Part shown: piece after piece, positions 50,658-60,430 of the stretch
Layout of the letters: every line of letters starts with the position of its first letter
Position numbering within the stretch: position 1 is the first letter of the stretch
Source: an uncultured candidatus Porisulfidus sp.
Lineage (GTDB): Bacteria; Pseudomonadota; Gammaproteobacteria; Poriferisulfidales; Oxydemutatoraceae
DNA: 64,000 bases
NCBI GenBank assembly: GCA_965215125.1
Contig: OZ244052.1
Location: 1,472,001 to 1,536,000 of the forward strand
Direction of reading: 5' to 3'
Notes under the pieces: model-generated
Database searches by the model: none
Told to the model about the DNA's origin: nothing
What the model saw: the letters and a program-made list of their open reading frames with translations, nothing else
Made by a program: the position numbers and the translations under genes

Positions 50658-51867
50658 TGCGTGAAATCAGCGTTGTTCCACTTGCGAGGCGAGGCCAGGG
50701 CGGCGACAAGCCTAGGGTTTTGCGCACTAAAATACGTCTTATGAACGGTAGCATATCCAGCATGGTTAAACTTGCTCCCAGCAAAGGTGCGAACGGTTGC
50801 TTTAATCCGACACAGAGTTTGGCGAGCGAATGGGTAAAATACATCACTTTGCGTACATCGTTGGTCCTCTCGCGGCTATAGCTTCGGAGCAAATCCGATG
50901 CACCCGTATCGGGCGAGTTGTGCAGATGTTCCACTAAAAAGGCAATGTCGCGCAATGCAAGGTTCAACCCTTGACCACCGACCGGATGAATGGTTTGTGC
51001 GCTGTCGCCGAGTAATACCGTCCGTCCTATAGCGATGCGTTCGGCATAGCATAAAATCAACGGGTAGATAGCCCGTTTTCCTATTTCGCGTATTTTGCCG
51101 ATACGCTGCCCTAAATCTTGCTGCAATCTGTTTATAAAGTCGGTGTCGGATAGAGCCATTGCTTGTGATCCCGTCTCGCCTACATAAACTCTGCCGATAA
51201 TACGCTCTCCGGCGGGTTGATGAGGTAGTACTGCGATTAACCCATCCTCGGTAAATCGTTCGTGAGCAATATGTCGTTCGAGTGATTCGCTTCGTATGCG
51301 AGCGACGATAGCCGACTGCCGGTAGTCTTTGTGCCGAAAAGAGAACCCCAATGCCTCGCTGATATTGTTTTGTCGCCCGGATGCCAATATCAACAGCCGT
51401 GTTTTAATAGTGTGTTGTTTGTTCTTTTGTTTCAGCAACAACGATATGTAGGTGCCGTGGTCCCTTGCAGCTTCCACCGAAGTTGGCGAATATATCTTTA
51501 GATTATCTAATTTAGGCAGAGTTTGGTGCAAACCAGCCAATAAATCCGCGGCACGAATAACACAACCCAACGCGTCTATGCCTTCGTCTTCGGCACGGAT
51601 GCGGGTTGTGCCGAAAGCATCCTTGCGCGACACCCTAATCTCCCGTACCGCACAAGTACCGTCTTTAATAGTGTCCCATACATTGATATTTTGTAATATC
51701 CTGCGGCTACCGTCCGAGAGTGCAATTCCGCGTAGCGGTATTTTGTTGGCAGCATTCTTAATATCGTGTGCATCTATGATAGCGATAGAACTTGCGCAGT
51801 CTTGCAACGCGATCGCCGCTGTAGCTCCGGTGAGTCCGGCCCCTATAATAGCGATATCGTATTGCAT
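50644..51867 (-). CDS. ubiH: 2-octaprenyl-6-methoxyphenol hydroxylase UbiH
   Basis: Motifs R.IALS.GS, AHERFT..G and AQTIHPV.GQG.NLALRD; pepP-ubiH-ubiI order. Confidence 0.85.
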   Translation of the reverse strand: MQYDIAIIGAGLTGATAAIALQDCASSIAIIDAHDIKNAANKIPLRGIALSDGSRRILQNINVWDTIKDGTCAVREIRVSRKDAFGTTRIRAEDEGIDALGCVIRAADLLAGLHQTLPKLDNLKIYSPTSVEAARDHGTYISLLLKQKNKQHTIKTRLLILASGRQNNISEALGFSFRHKDYRQSAIVARIRSESLERHIAHERFTEDGLIAVLPHQPAGERIIGRVYVGETGSQAMALSDTDFINRLQQDLGQRIGKIREIGKRAIYPLILCYAERIAIGRTVLLGDSAQTIHPVGGQGLNLALRDIAFLVEHLHNSPDTGASDLLRSYSRERTNDVRKVMYFTHSLAKLCVGLKQPFAPLLGASLTMLDMLPFIRRILVRKTLGLSPPWPRLASGTTLISRNAKI

Positions 51868-51870
51868 TAT

Positions 51871-53193
51871 TTATTCCGCCTCGGACATTACCGATTCAAT
51901 GTCGTTCACATTTTTAACTAAATGTTTGCTGAGCACTTCGGGACCTCGGGTCGTTACCAGTACATCGTCTTCTATACGAATTCCGGTGTTGCGGAATTGT
52001 GCGGCGATATTACTTTGATTGCCTATATACAACCCCGGTTCTACGGTTAGCACCATGCCTGCTTCAAAACGCCGTGGTCTGCCCGATTTGTCCTTGTTAT
52101 GACCCATGGTGTCGTGCACATCCAGTCCCAGCCAGTGTCCGATCCCGTGCATATAAAAATCTCTGTAGGCAGCGCGTTTAAGCAAGGTAGGCAAAGAGCC
52201 TTTTAACAAGCCTGTGTCGATCAAGCCTCGAGTTAAGGCGCGCACCGCAGCGTTGTTGACATCGAGCCAGTTGTTACCGACTTGCACTTTAGCGATAGCT
52301 TTTAATTGTGCCTCCAAGACGACTTCGTAGAGTTCTTTTTGGTGGCTATTAAAACGTTTATTAACAGGAATAGTACGGGTTATATCGCTGGCATACATTC
52401 GGTATTCGGCTCCGGCATCTACAAGCAGCAAGGTTCCCGACTTCAGGCGGCTTTTATTATCCGTATAGTGCAGTACACATGCGTTGACTCCGCCGGCTAC
52501 TATCGAAGGGTAGGCGGGGTGTGTATGATGTTGGTGAAATATCTTCATAATCTCCGCATCAATTTCGTACTCGTATAGTCCCGGACGACACATTTGCATC
52601 ATCCGTTGGTGGGCGATGGTGGTGATAGCAACAGCCTTTTGCATCGTTTCAATTTCCAGCTTGGATTTCTTGAGGCGTAGTTCGCCGAGCAATACGCTTA
52701 TATCGGCGTAATAGCTAGGTATGGCGTGGTTTCGCCGATTACGGCGGGTTTGTCGGCATAGTGTTGCCAGTTGTAAGAAATTATCGGTGTCAGAAGTATC
52801 ACAGTATAGATATTGTTTGTTGTCGATCAATAAAGGAAAGATTTCGTCGAATTCATCTATAGGAAAAACTTTGTCTGCACCGAGCATGCGTTTTGCGCGG
52901 TTAAGACCTATACGCGCACCTTCCCATACAATAGTATGTTCGTCGTTCGGAGTACAGAACAAAATATAATCACCGAAAGGATGTCCGGGCACCAGTACCA
53001 TAATCATTTGATCTTCGACACTTCCATTTAGGTAATAGAAGTTACTATCTTGGCGATACGCATAATAAACATCGTTTGAATAGTTCTTTTGTTTCGCAGC
53101 AAACAAGCACACGACGGCATCGGATCCTGCCGCGCTTAAAACACGTTTTCGACGATTTTCCAGCTCTTTTTGAAAAATATTTTTTTTAGTCAA
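51871..53193 (-). CDS. pepP: Xaa-Pro aminopeptidase
   Basis: Motifs RQDSNFYYL, LHY, DAG.E, SDITRT, HG.GHWLGLDVHD, TVEPG.Y and GIRIEDD. Confidence 0.95.
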   Translation of the reverse strand: MTKKNIFQKELENRRKRVLSAAGSDAVVCLFAAKQKNYSNDVYYAYRQDSNFYYLNGSVEDQMIMVLVPGHPFGDYILFCTPNDEHTIVWEGARIGLNRAKRMLGADKVFPIDEFDEIFPLLIDNKQYLYCDTSDTDNFLQLATLCRQTRRNRRNHAIPSYYADISVLLGELRLKKSKLEIETMQKAVAITTIAHQRMMQMCRPGLYEYEIDAEIMKIFHQHHTHPAYPSIVAGGVNACVLHYTDNKSRLKSGTLLLVDAGAEYRMYASDITRTIPVNKRFNSHQKELYEVVLEAQLKAIAKVQVGNNWLDVNNAAVRALTRGLIDTGLLKGSLPTLLKRAAYRDFYMHGIGHWLGLDVHDTMGHNKDKSGRPRRFEAGMVLTVEPGLYIGNQSNIAAQFRNTGIRIEDDVLVTTRGPEVLSKHLVKNVNDIESVMSEAE

Positions 53194-53519
53194 ATCTCTT
53201 TACTCACAAAATTGTTCCAACTCAAAACATCTATTATAGTGTTTAGATAAAATCCCACATCACTTTTATATGTAGTATAAAGACTTTGCATCGGCAGTTC
53301 AAAACATGGTTAAGCTATTGATAAATAGTGTTATTTTATCATTTTTCTTTTGTTTGTACACATTTTTACACTCATAATAACACCGAGCATTTTATGTTTT
53401 TTTTGAATCATGCTTATATAAAACCGTACTTTCATACTTCAATATTAAAAATCATCGTTCACATAACACAGAAAAAAAACTTGACGTAGGGAAAAAAAGT
53501 TATATTATCGGTACCTAAT

Positions 53520-53762
53520 ATGGATGAATTGATTTCTAACGAAGGTAATTTGAATTCTATATCGGAACTTGAAGCGCAAGTTTCAAGATTGCTTGATAGT
53601 CACGACAAACTAAAAGAAGAAAACAAATTGCTTCATCAACAAAACCAAGCCTTGGTTTCCGAGAACTCGGCATTAGCAGAGAAAAGCAGACAAGTAAAAA
53701 GCAAGATAGAATCGCTTTTAGGTCGTCTTAAGAATATGGAAGAGGAAGTTCCTTATGAATGA
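53520..53762 (+). CDS. Cell division coiled-coil protein (TIGR02449/ZapB-like)
   Basis: Coiled coil ending KIESLLGRLKNME; overlaps the zapA start. Confidence 0.8.
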   Translation: MDELISNEGNLNSISELEAQVSRLLDSHDKLKEENKLLHQQNQALVSENSALAEKSRQVKSKIESLLGRLKNMEEEVPYE

Positions 53763-54105
53763 CGATAAGCGGAAAGTTGAAGTAAGTATTATGGGCAAAC
53801 TTTATTCCGTCCTATGCCCTCTGCAGCAACAAGAAGAGCTAGAGGAAGCGGTTTCATTCCTGAACAATCAAGCAGAAGATCTCAAGCATAGAGCCCAAGG
53901 CATGAAATCTTCGGAAGTGACCTGGAACCGAGACAATCTGCTGGCGGTAATCGCCCTAAATCTAAGCTATGAGCTAATAAAGCTCAATACTAGGGTTTCC
54001 GGCAAAGCAATGGAGGCTGAAAAGCTGGTCGAGCGGATTAAAAACAGTTTTGCGCAATCGGATGTTGACGATGCGGCGCATAAGATTTCTGAGATATCCC
54101 TGTGA
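53755..54105 (+). CDS. zapA: Cell division protein ZapA
   Basis: Pattern V.IMGK.Y...CP..Q...L..A...L and AV.ALNLSYE; upstream of 6S RNA. Confidence 0.9.
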   Translation: MNDDKRKVEVSIMGKLYSVLCPLQQQEELEEAVSFLNNQAEDLKHRAQGMKSSEVTWNRDNLLAVIALNLSYELIKLNTRVSGKAMEAEKLVERIKNSFAQSDVDDAAHKISEISL

Positions 54106-54279
54106 TGTACGTTAATCATCCATATAATCCTTTACCGTATTTAATACTTAAGGTGTGTTGCGATGATGCCGGTGTGCATGCTCAAACTAATGAGAAGCCT
54201 AAAGGTATTAGACGCAGCACCATTCCTATATCTGAGGGACTAGGATTCCGGGTGAAAACGGCATTGTCGGGGATGTCTC
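54091..54279 (+). ncRNA. ssrS: 6S RNA
   Basis: Terminal stem GAGATATCCC/GGGATGTCTC; core GGTGTGCATGCTC...GAGAAGCC matches gammaproteobacterial 6S; canonical position after zapA. Confidence 0.85.
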
Positions 54280-54378
54280 GCCTACTAGCGGCGACGGCAG
54301 TCGTGTTGTTTATCGAAAGATATACGACAAGACAGTCTAGCCGATTAACATTCTACAAAACTTAAAAGGGGATAGACA

Positions 54379-54768
54379 ATGGCTACGAAACGTAGAACTA
54401 TAAAAAGGCTAGTGAAGAAAAAGTCGGACGCTAATAAAAAGCGGTCGGTACTAGCCAAACGTAAAGCGGCGAGTGCCGCTCTGAAGAAGAAGGCTGCTCC
54501 TAAGACAAAGTCCACAACTAAGAAGAAGGCTGCTCCTAAGACAAAGTCCACAGCTAAGAAGAAGTCTACGACTAAGAAGAAGGCTGCTCCTAAGAAGAAG
54601 TCTACGACCAAGAAGAAGGCTGCTCCTAAGAAGAAGTCTACGACTAAGAAGAAGGCTGCTCCTAAGAAGAAGTCTACGACTAAGAAGAAGGCTGCTCCTA
54701 AGAAGAAGTCTACGACTAAGAAGAAGGCTGCTCCTAAGAAGAAGTCTACGACCAAGAAGAGAAGATAA
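54379..54768 (+). CDS. Histone H1-like, Lys-rich nucleoid protein (HctB/Hq1/AlgP-like composition)
   Basis: AAGGGG RBS; KKKAAPKKKSTT-type repeats; highly basic. Confidence 0.8.
   Translation: MATKRRTIKRLVKKKSDANKKRSVLAKRKAASAALKKKAAPKTKSTTKKKAAPKTKSTAKKKSTTKKKAAPKKKSTTKKKAAPKKKSTTKKKAAPKKKSTTKKKAAPKKKSTTKKKAAPKKKSTTKKRR
54484..54753 (+). repeat. 36-bp coding tandem repeat (7 full units plus a half unit)
   Basis: AAGAAGAAGGCTGCTCCTAAGAAGAAGTCTACGACT-type units with no spacers. Confidence 0.95.
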
Positions 54769-54783
54769 TATCTCTTTTGTAAT

Positions 54784-54808
54784 AAGCCCTGATGTCAAGT
54801 CAGGGCTT
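54784..54808 (+). terminator. Putative terminator hairpin after the histone-like gene
   Basis: AAGCCCTGA-TGTCAAG-TCAGGGCTT; the U-tract is weak. Confidence 0.5.
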
Positions 54809-54838
54809 GTTGCATATATAACCACTGATTGCTGGTAC

Positions 54839-54909
54839 ATTGCCCTCCCTGTAGGGGCGGACTTGCATGTCCGCCCTTAGGGTGGCAGGCGCAGCCTGAC
54901 GGTGTGGTT
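54839..54909 (+). repeat. Module A with REP module C (54851-54878) in its first hairpin loop
   Basis: ATTGCCCTCCCT-[GTAGGGGCGGACTTGCATGTCCGCCCTT]-AGGGTGGCAGGCGCAGCCTGACGGTGTGGTT. Confidence 0.88.
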
Positions 54910-54924
54910 TGAGGGAATGTTTCC

Positions 54925-55950
54925 CTAAAATGTTAGCTGCCAGCCCAAGGTGTAAGCATAGTCGACCTCAAGCTGAGGTCCGTCCAAATGCTGGTAAAAA
55001 GGTAGTATAAATTCTGCCGCAAGGCGATGGCCTTTGAACATCCCGTGCGGTTGTATAAAGTTGATACCGATACCGAGTTCGGCGCGTTCGCCGCCGCGTA
55101 AATCCGTGCGTGCAGTAGGGACTGCTATTTCCATCATCTGTGGTATTCCCCTGTGTCGTCCAGATATATTGTTCCAAGATTTTCCGTTGAGGCGCACCGA
55201 AGCACTCAAATAATCGGAGTGTCGATATGCAACCCATGTGTTCGCATGGTATTCGTCTCCCAAGCGATAACCCTCATCGTTCTTACCCAATCGTTGCGTG
55301 GTTTTGAACTGCAACCCCCATGACCACTGCGGATTAAGACGAGTATAAGTTATGCCCATCATCGGGTCGTATGTGCCTGAACCGAGCTGCATCGGATAAG
55401 GCAAGATCACGTTCCTGTTTCCCATAGGCGTCGGTATTTCATCCATTTCGTCTGTATCGCCGGTAGGCAAACTCAAACCTAAATTTAGGTTCAAATTATG
55501 CGAAGATTCCTCGTCGAACTCTTCATCATAGAGTGTGTATATTCCCATTATTTTGGCATCACCTAAACCTTTGGAACGAGTTGTGAACCTCCCGAGCACA
55601 CGATGACGCAGATCCATAGATTTATCTACATAAGGCACCATTGCCATTAGGGTTAGGTTATTACCGACACCGTACATCGCGCCGAACATATGCATTTCCA
55701 TGGTCATTTCCAGTGGCGACACCGGGAACGACCTTAATACTTCGGCAGTGTTTATATTGCTGGAACCCGAACGATTACCGTCCATTTCCATACGCCTGTA
55801 GCGATAAGACAACATCAATTCTCCTTTTTTATGTCCGTGATCTCCCATGACCCCGATGGGTGCATGGCCATCGGGACGCGTCGGGGTGTCTGCATAAACG
55901 ATCTGTCCCACGCATATAGTAAGCAGAAATGTGATAAAAAGTATCTTCAT
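54925..55950 (-). CDS. Outer-membrane beta-barrel transporter with His/Met-rich N-terminus (putative metal/solute porin)
   Basis: Signal peptide, PDGHAPIGVMGDH.H..GE.MLSYRY, LPYPMQLGSGT.D, and C-terminal GWQLTF. Confidence 0.75.
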   Translation of the reverse strand: MKILFITFLLTICVGQIVYADTPTRPDGHAPIGVMGDHGHKKGELMLSYRYRRMEMDGNRSGSSNINTAEVLRSFPVSPLEMTMEMHMFGAMYGVGNNLTLMAMVPYVDKSMDLRHRVLGRFTTRSKGLGDAKIMGIYTLYDEEFDEESSHNLNLNLGLSLPTGDTDEMDEIPTPMGNRNVILPYPMQLGSGTYDPMMGITYTRLNPQWSWGLQFKTTQRLGKNDEGYRLGDEYHANTWVAYRHSDYLSASVRLNGKSWNNISGRHRGIPQMMEIAVPTARTDLRGGERAELGIGINFIQPHGMFKGHRLAAEFILPFYQHLDGPQLEVDYAYTLGWQLTF

Positions 55951-56087
55951 TGAATAACTCCTGTTGTGTAGAAAAATTTAAGCGGTGTCAAATACATACT
56001 GACTTCTACAGAATCCGGTAATCCTGCCGGAAAAAGTATTTTTATTAGCGGGAAGCCCTATAAATAGTCTGCTATTATACACACGAA

Positions 56088-56786
56088 ATGGAATTTAGTA
56101 GTGCCTTGTATGAGTCCTTGTTGCGTCTGGTGAGCCTCGATCCCGACCTGCTGGAAATTATTTTACTGTCGTTGCGCGTCAGCCTGACTTCGGTGTTGAT
56201 TGCCTCCTTAATCGGCTGTCCGTTGGGCGCGTTGCTTGCAGTCGCCCGTTTCCCGACTCGGCACTTTTGGGTCAATTTGATAAATGCGTTTATGGGGCTT
56301 CCACCGGTTGTCGTCGGTTTGGTCGTCTACCTGCTATTGTCTCGTTCCGGCGCATTGGGAGTGTTGGAACTGATATATACACCGACTGCGATGATTATTG
56401 CCCAAACACTTTTGATATTGCCTATAATCACTGCGTTGGTGCGTCAAACCATAGATGATTTGTGGAGGCTCTACAGGGATCAATTGCTATCGTTGGGCAG
56501 TACCACGGTGGCTTCTATTCGCACTTTATTATGGGAGGCGCGCTTTAGTTTAATCACAGCGGTGCTGGCCGGCTTCGGACGTGGTATAGCGGAAGTTGGT
56601 GCGGTACTGATAGTCGGCGGCAATATCAACCATTCTACCCGGGTAATGACGACCACGATTGCACTGGAGACCAGCAAAGGTAATTTATCGTTGGCATTGG
56701 CACTGGGGATAATTTTGATAACCCTATCGTTGTTGATCACATCGGTTGCACAAATCGTTAAACGTTTTGAACCGATGTACCGTTAA
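56088..56786 (+). CDS. tupB: Tungstate ABC transporter permease
   Basis: Motifs MGLPPVVVGL, AMIIAQ, GFGR.IAEVGA..IVGGNI...TR.MTT.I.LET.KG. Confidence 0.9.
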   Translation: MEFSSALYESLLRLVSLDPDLLEIILLSLRVSLTSVLIASLIGCPLGALLAVARFPTRHFWVNLINAFMGLPPVVVGLVVYLLLSRSGALGVLELIYTPTAMIIAQTLLILPIITALVRQTIDDLWRLYRDQLLSLGSTTVASIRTLLWEARFSLITAVLAGFGRGIAEVGAVLIVGGNINHSTRVMTTTIALETSKGNLSLALALGIILITLSLLITSVAQIVKRFEPMYR

Positions 56787-56801
56787 TTAGCGATAAAGAC
56801 G

Positions 56802-57503
56802 ATGGAACTTCAACTGCACCGCCTCAGCTACGATATCGGTAATCACCGTTTAATCGACAAGATTAATCTGCATAGTGCTACGCAACACTGCACCGCTTTA
56901 TTGGGTGAGAATGGTTCGGGCAAGACCTTGCTACTTTACTTATGCCACGGCTTGCTCAACCCGAGTGGTGGAGAAGTATTGTGGGCTATGCGTCCGCCGA
57001 GTGCTTGGCGAGGTGCAATTACGATGGTATTCCAAAAGCCGGTTTTGTTGCGGCGCAGTGCTTATAGCAATATAGATCACGCTTTGTACTTACAAGGTTT
57101 ACCGAAAGCGGCGCGCACCACACGCGTATTGGAAGCTCTGGATCAGGTCGGCATGACCGAATATAAGGAATGTCAGGCGCATGTGTTATCGGGCGGGCAG
57201 CAACGACGTCTTGCTATCGCCCGCGCTTGGGCATTACGCCCGTCGGTGATCCTCATGGACGAACCGACTGCCGATCTCGATATACATTCGGCAACGGCGG
57301 TGGAAGGCATTATCAAAAATATGCAGCGTAGCGGTATAAAAATAATGATTGCAACGCATAATTTGGCGCAAGTAAAACGATTATGCGACGAGGTCGTATT
57401 CATGGATCAAGGAAAACTGTTATGCCATTTAGGCAACGATGATTTTTTTGCAAAAGCAACCGAGCAGAAGATATGTACATTCATCAAATCGCAAGAATTT
57501 TAG
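56802..57503 (+). CDS. tupC: Tungstate ABC transporter ATPase
   Basis: Motifs GENGSGKT, LSGGQQRR and DEPTA; lies between tupB and tupA. Confidence 0.85.
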   Translation: MELQLHRLSYDIGNHRLIDKINLHSATQHCTALLGENGSGKTLLLYLCHGLLNPSGGEVLWAMRPPSAWRGAITMVFQKPVLLRRSAYSNIDHALYLQGLPKAARTTRVLEALDQVGMTEYKECQAHVLSGGQQRRLAIARAWALRPSVILMDEPTADLDIHSATAVEGIIKNMQRSGIKIMIATHNLAQVKRLCDEVVFMDQGKLLCHLGNDDFFAKATEQKICTFIKSQEF

Positions 57504-58288
57504 TCGTTGTTTTAGCACTGAACACTTTCGTACAAGCCGAAGCGCGTCGCGTCGTATTGGCTTCCACGACATCTACCGATAATTCCGGTTTGTACGAGTA
57601 TTTGCTTCCCGAGTTTACCGCCGAGACCGGCATCAAAGTGGATGTGGTTGCGGTCGGCACCGGTCGCGCCCTAAAAATCGCCGAGCAAGGCGATGCCGAT
57701 TTGCTGATCGTACACGACGAACAGTCGGAATTGGCTCTCGTAGATTCCGGCTACGGCATAGATCGGCATACCTTTATGTATAACGATTACATACTCGTAG
57801 GTCCCGAGCAAGACACCATAGGAATAAGGAGTAGCGAGACGACTCGCATCGCACGAGCAATGCGAATGATCGCCGGCAACGCCGCACCTTTTATCTCGCG
57901 AGGCGACGACAGCGGCACGCATAAAAAGGAGTTGTCTTTGTGGGCTTTGTCGGGTGTAGACCTGAGTGCGCCGGGCGCATGGTATCGAGAAGTCGGTGCC
58001 GGTATGGGTGCTACGTTGAATATCGCAAACGAGTTATCCGCTTACACTTTGGCCGATCGTTCTACATGGATTAGCTTCAACAATAGAGACAATCTGGTAA
58101 TCGTCAAAGAAAACGACCCGTTGTTGTATAACTTCTACAGCATTATATTGGTTAATCCCGAGCGATGGCCGAAAATCAACTTCCGAGACGCGCGTCGTTT
58201 TTACCGTTGGTTGCTTTCGCCACAGGGTCTTGCGTTGATAGCGTCCTTTCGTGTTAACGGAAAGCAGCTTTTTTATCCGATAAAATAA
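57473..58288 (+). CDS. tupA: Tungstate ABC transporter substrate-binding protein
   Basis: Motifs ASTTSTDNSGL, GTG.AL...GDAD and SRGDDSGTHKKE. Confidence 0.9.
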   Translation: MYIHQIARILVVVLALNTFVQAEARRVVLASTTSTDNSGLYEYLLPEFTAETGIKVDVVAVGTGRALKIAEQGDADLLIVHDEQSELALVDSGYGIDRHTFMYNDYILVGPEQDTIGIRSSETTRIARAMRMIAGNAAPFISRGDDSGTHKKELSLWALSGVDLSAPGAWYREVGAGMGATLNIANELSAYTLADRSTWISFNNRDNLVIVKENDPLLYNFYSIILVNPERWPKINFRDARRFYRWLLSPQGLALIASFRVNGKQLFYPIK

Positions 58289-58445
58289 ACTGTTCGTCGG
58301 AAATTTTTGACGGCAAAGACGGGAAGAATATATAGTTAGCTTAAGCAAACTGTTTTAATAAATTATTATTTTATTGTTTAGAGTTTAGATATGATAAACT
58401 TTACCGGTTTAGAACCCACCGAAGATTGTATATGAGAGCTGAGTA

Positions 58446-60374
58446 ATGAGTGACTTTTTGAAAAACCTAGTTTTGTGGATTATCATCTCCGCCGTTATGA
58501 TGGCGGTCTTTAATACCTTTGTTGCTAAAAGAGAACCGCTATCGGATATCTCTTACTCGAGGTTTATTGCAGATGTAGAAAACCAGCAAGTGCGTAGCGC
58601 AGAGATTGATCCCGACAACCGAACGATCACCGGATATTATGTAGACAACCGACGCTTCGTCACCTATATGCCGCAAGACCCGCAACTCGTAACCCAATTA
58701 CTGGAGAACAATGTAGAGGTTATGACCAAACCGATAGAGAAGCCCTCTTTATTGGTTGATATTTTAATCAGTTGGTTCCCGATGTTGCTACTAATCGGGG
58801 TGTGGATTTTCTTTATGCGTCAGATGCAGGGTAGTATCGGACGCGGTGGTGCAATGTCTTTCGGAAAAAGCCGTGCGCGTTTGATGGAAGAGGATCAGAT
58901 CAAGGTAACATTCAAGGATGTCGCCGGTGTGGAGGAAGCCAAAGAAGAAGTGCTGGAATTGGTGGATTTCTTAAAAGACCCCGATAAGTTCCAAAAACTA
59001 GGCGGTCGTATTCCCAGAGGCGTAATGATGGTAGGATCTCCGGGCACCGGCAAAACGCTTTTAGCAAGGGCTATCGCCGGAGAAGCCAAGGTTCCGTATT
59101 TCTCTATCTCGGGTTCGGATTTTGTAGAAATGTTCGTCGGTGTGGGTGCTTCTAGAGTTAGAGATATGTTTGCTCAGGCGAAGAAACAAGCACCTTGCAT
59201 TATATTTATAGACGAGATCGATGCGGTCGGTCGTCATCGCGGAACAGGTTTAGGCGGCGGACACGACGAACGCGAACAAACCCTCAATCAGTTGCTGGTT
59301 GAGATGGACGGTTTTGAAGGTAACGAAGGCATCATCGTAATCGCTGCCACAAACCGTCCCGATGTGTTGGATCCGGCTTTGCTGAGGCCGGGACGTTTTG
59401 ATAGACAGGTCGTAGTGCCTCTGCCCGATGTGCGCGGCCGAGAGCAGATTCTAAAAGTACACATGCGCAAGGTGCCGTTGGCGGACGATGTGAAGTCGGA
59501 TTATTTGGCACGCGGCACGCCGGGCTTTTCAGGTGCCGATCTTGCCAACCTGGTCAACGAAGCCTCTTTATTCGCTGCCCGTTATGACAAGGAATATGTG
59601 GAGATGGAAGATTTTGAGCGCGCCAAAGATAAAATTATGATGGGGGCGGAGCGCAAGTCTATGGTGATGAGCGAGGAGGAAAAGAAATTAACCGCTTACC
59701 ACGAGTCGGGTCATGCCATCGTAGGTCGCTTGGTGCCGTCGCACGACCCGGTATATAAAGTAACGATTATTCCTAGAGGTAGAGCCTTAGGTGTGACGAT
59801 GTTTCTGCCGGAAGAAGATCGCTATAGCCACACGCGTCAGCGTCTCAATAGCCAAATATCCAGCTTATTCGGTGGCCGGGTTGCGGAAGAATTGATTTTC
59901 GGTTCGGAATCGGTGACTACCGGTGCTGCCAACGATATAGAACGGGCAACCGAGATTGCGCGTAATATGGTTACCAGATGGGGCTTATCCGATCGTATGG
60001 GGCCCTTAAACTATAGCGAGGAAGAAGGGCATCCGTTTTTAGGAAACAGAATGGCGCATCAACCAAAAATGTTCTCCGATCAAACCGCAAAGAATATAGA
60101 CGAGGAGACTTCTCGGATTATCTCCGAAAACTACGAGCGCACCAAAACCATTCTCGAGGAGAATATGGACAAATTGCACTTGATGGCGAAAGCACTCATG
60201 AAGTACGAGACCATAGACAGCAATCAAATCGACGATATCATGGAGGGCAAAGAACCGCGTCCGCCGGCAGGATGGTCGGACGACGGTGATATAGATAGAA
60301 CGCCGCCTAGAAAAGCACGACAAAGAAATCGGCGAAGCGAGGGTAAAATAGGAGGGCCGGCAAGTTCTCATTAG
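58446..60374 (+). CDS. ftsH: ATP-dependent zinc metalloprotease FtsH
   Basis: Two TM helices, GSPGTGKT, the SRH region and HESGH. Confidence 0.98.
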   Translation: MSDFLKNLVLWIIISAVMMAVFNTFVAKREPLSDISYSRFIADVENQQVRSAEIDPDNRTITGYYVDNRRFVTYMPQDPQLVTQLLENNVEVMTKPIEKPSLLVDILISWFPMLLLIGVWIFFMRQMQGSIGRGGAMSFGKSRARLMEEDQIKVTFKDVAGVEEAKEEVLELVDFLKDPDKFQKLGGRIPRGVMMVGSPGTGKTLLARAIAGEAKVPYFSISGSDFVEMFVGVGASRVRDMFAQAKKQAPCIIFIDEIDAVGRHRGTGLGGGHDEREQTLNQLLVEMDGFEGNEGIIVIAATNRPDVLDPALLRPGRFDRQVVVPLPDVRGREQILKVHMRKVPLADDVKSDYLARGTPGFSGADLANLVNEASLFAARYDKEYVEMEDFERAKDKIMMGAERKSMVMSEEEKKLTAYHESGHAIVGRLVPSHDPVYKVTIIPRGRALGVTMFLPEEDRYSHTRQRLNSQISSLFGGRVAEELIFGSESVTTGAANDIERATEIARNMVTRWGLSDRMGPLNYSEEEGHPFLGNRMAHQPKMFSDQTAKNIDEETSRIISENYERTKTILEENMDKLHLMAKALMKYETIDSNQIDDIMEGKEPRPPAGWSDDGDIDRTPPRKARQRNRRSEGKIGGPASSH

Positions 60375-60430
60375 AACGGCTTGTTTTTACACCTAAGGTT
60401 TATATGTTTATACGTTGATGAGCGAGGTGT

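Noticed and set aside
54102-54365. 87-aa ORF after zapA
   Set aside because: It overlaps the 6S RNA and has no recognisable protein features.
54484-54753. 36-bp direct repeats as a CRISPR array
   Set aside because: The units are contiguous with no spacers, are in frame in a Lys-rich ORF, and have no cas genes nearby.
54345-54840. Minus-strand repetitive ORFs (FFLVVDFFLGAA and LLLRSSLLLSRR types)
   Set aside because: They are antisense shadows of the Lys-rich repeat. The plus-strand ORF has the RBS and the downstream hairpin.
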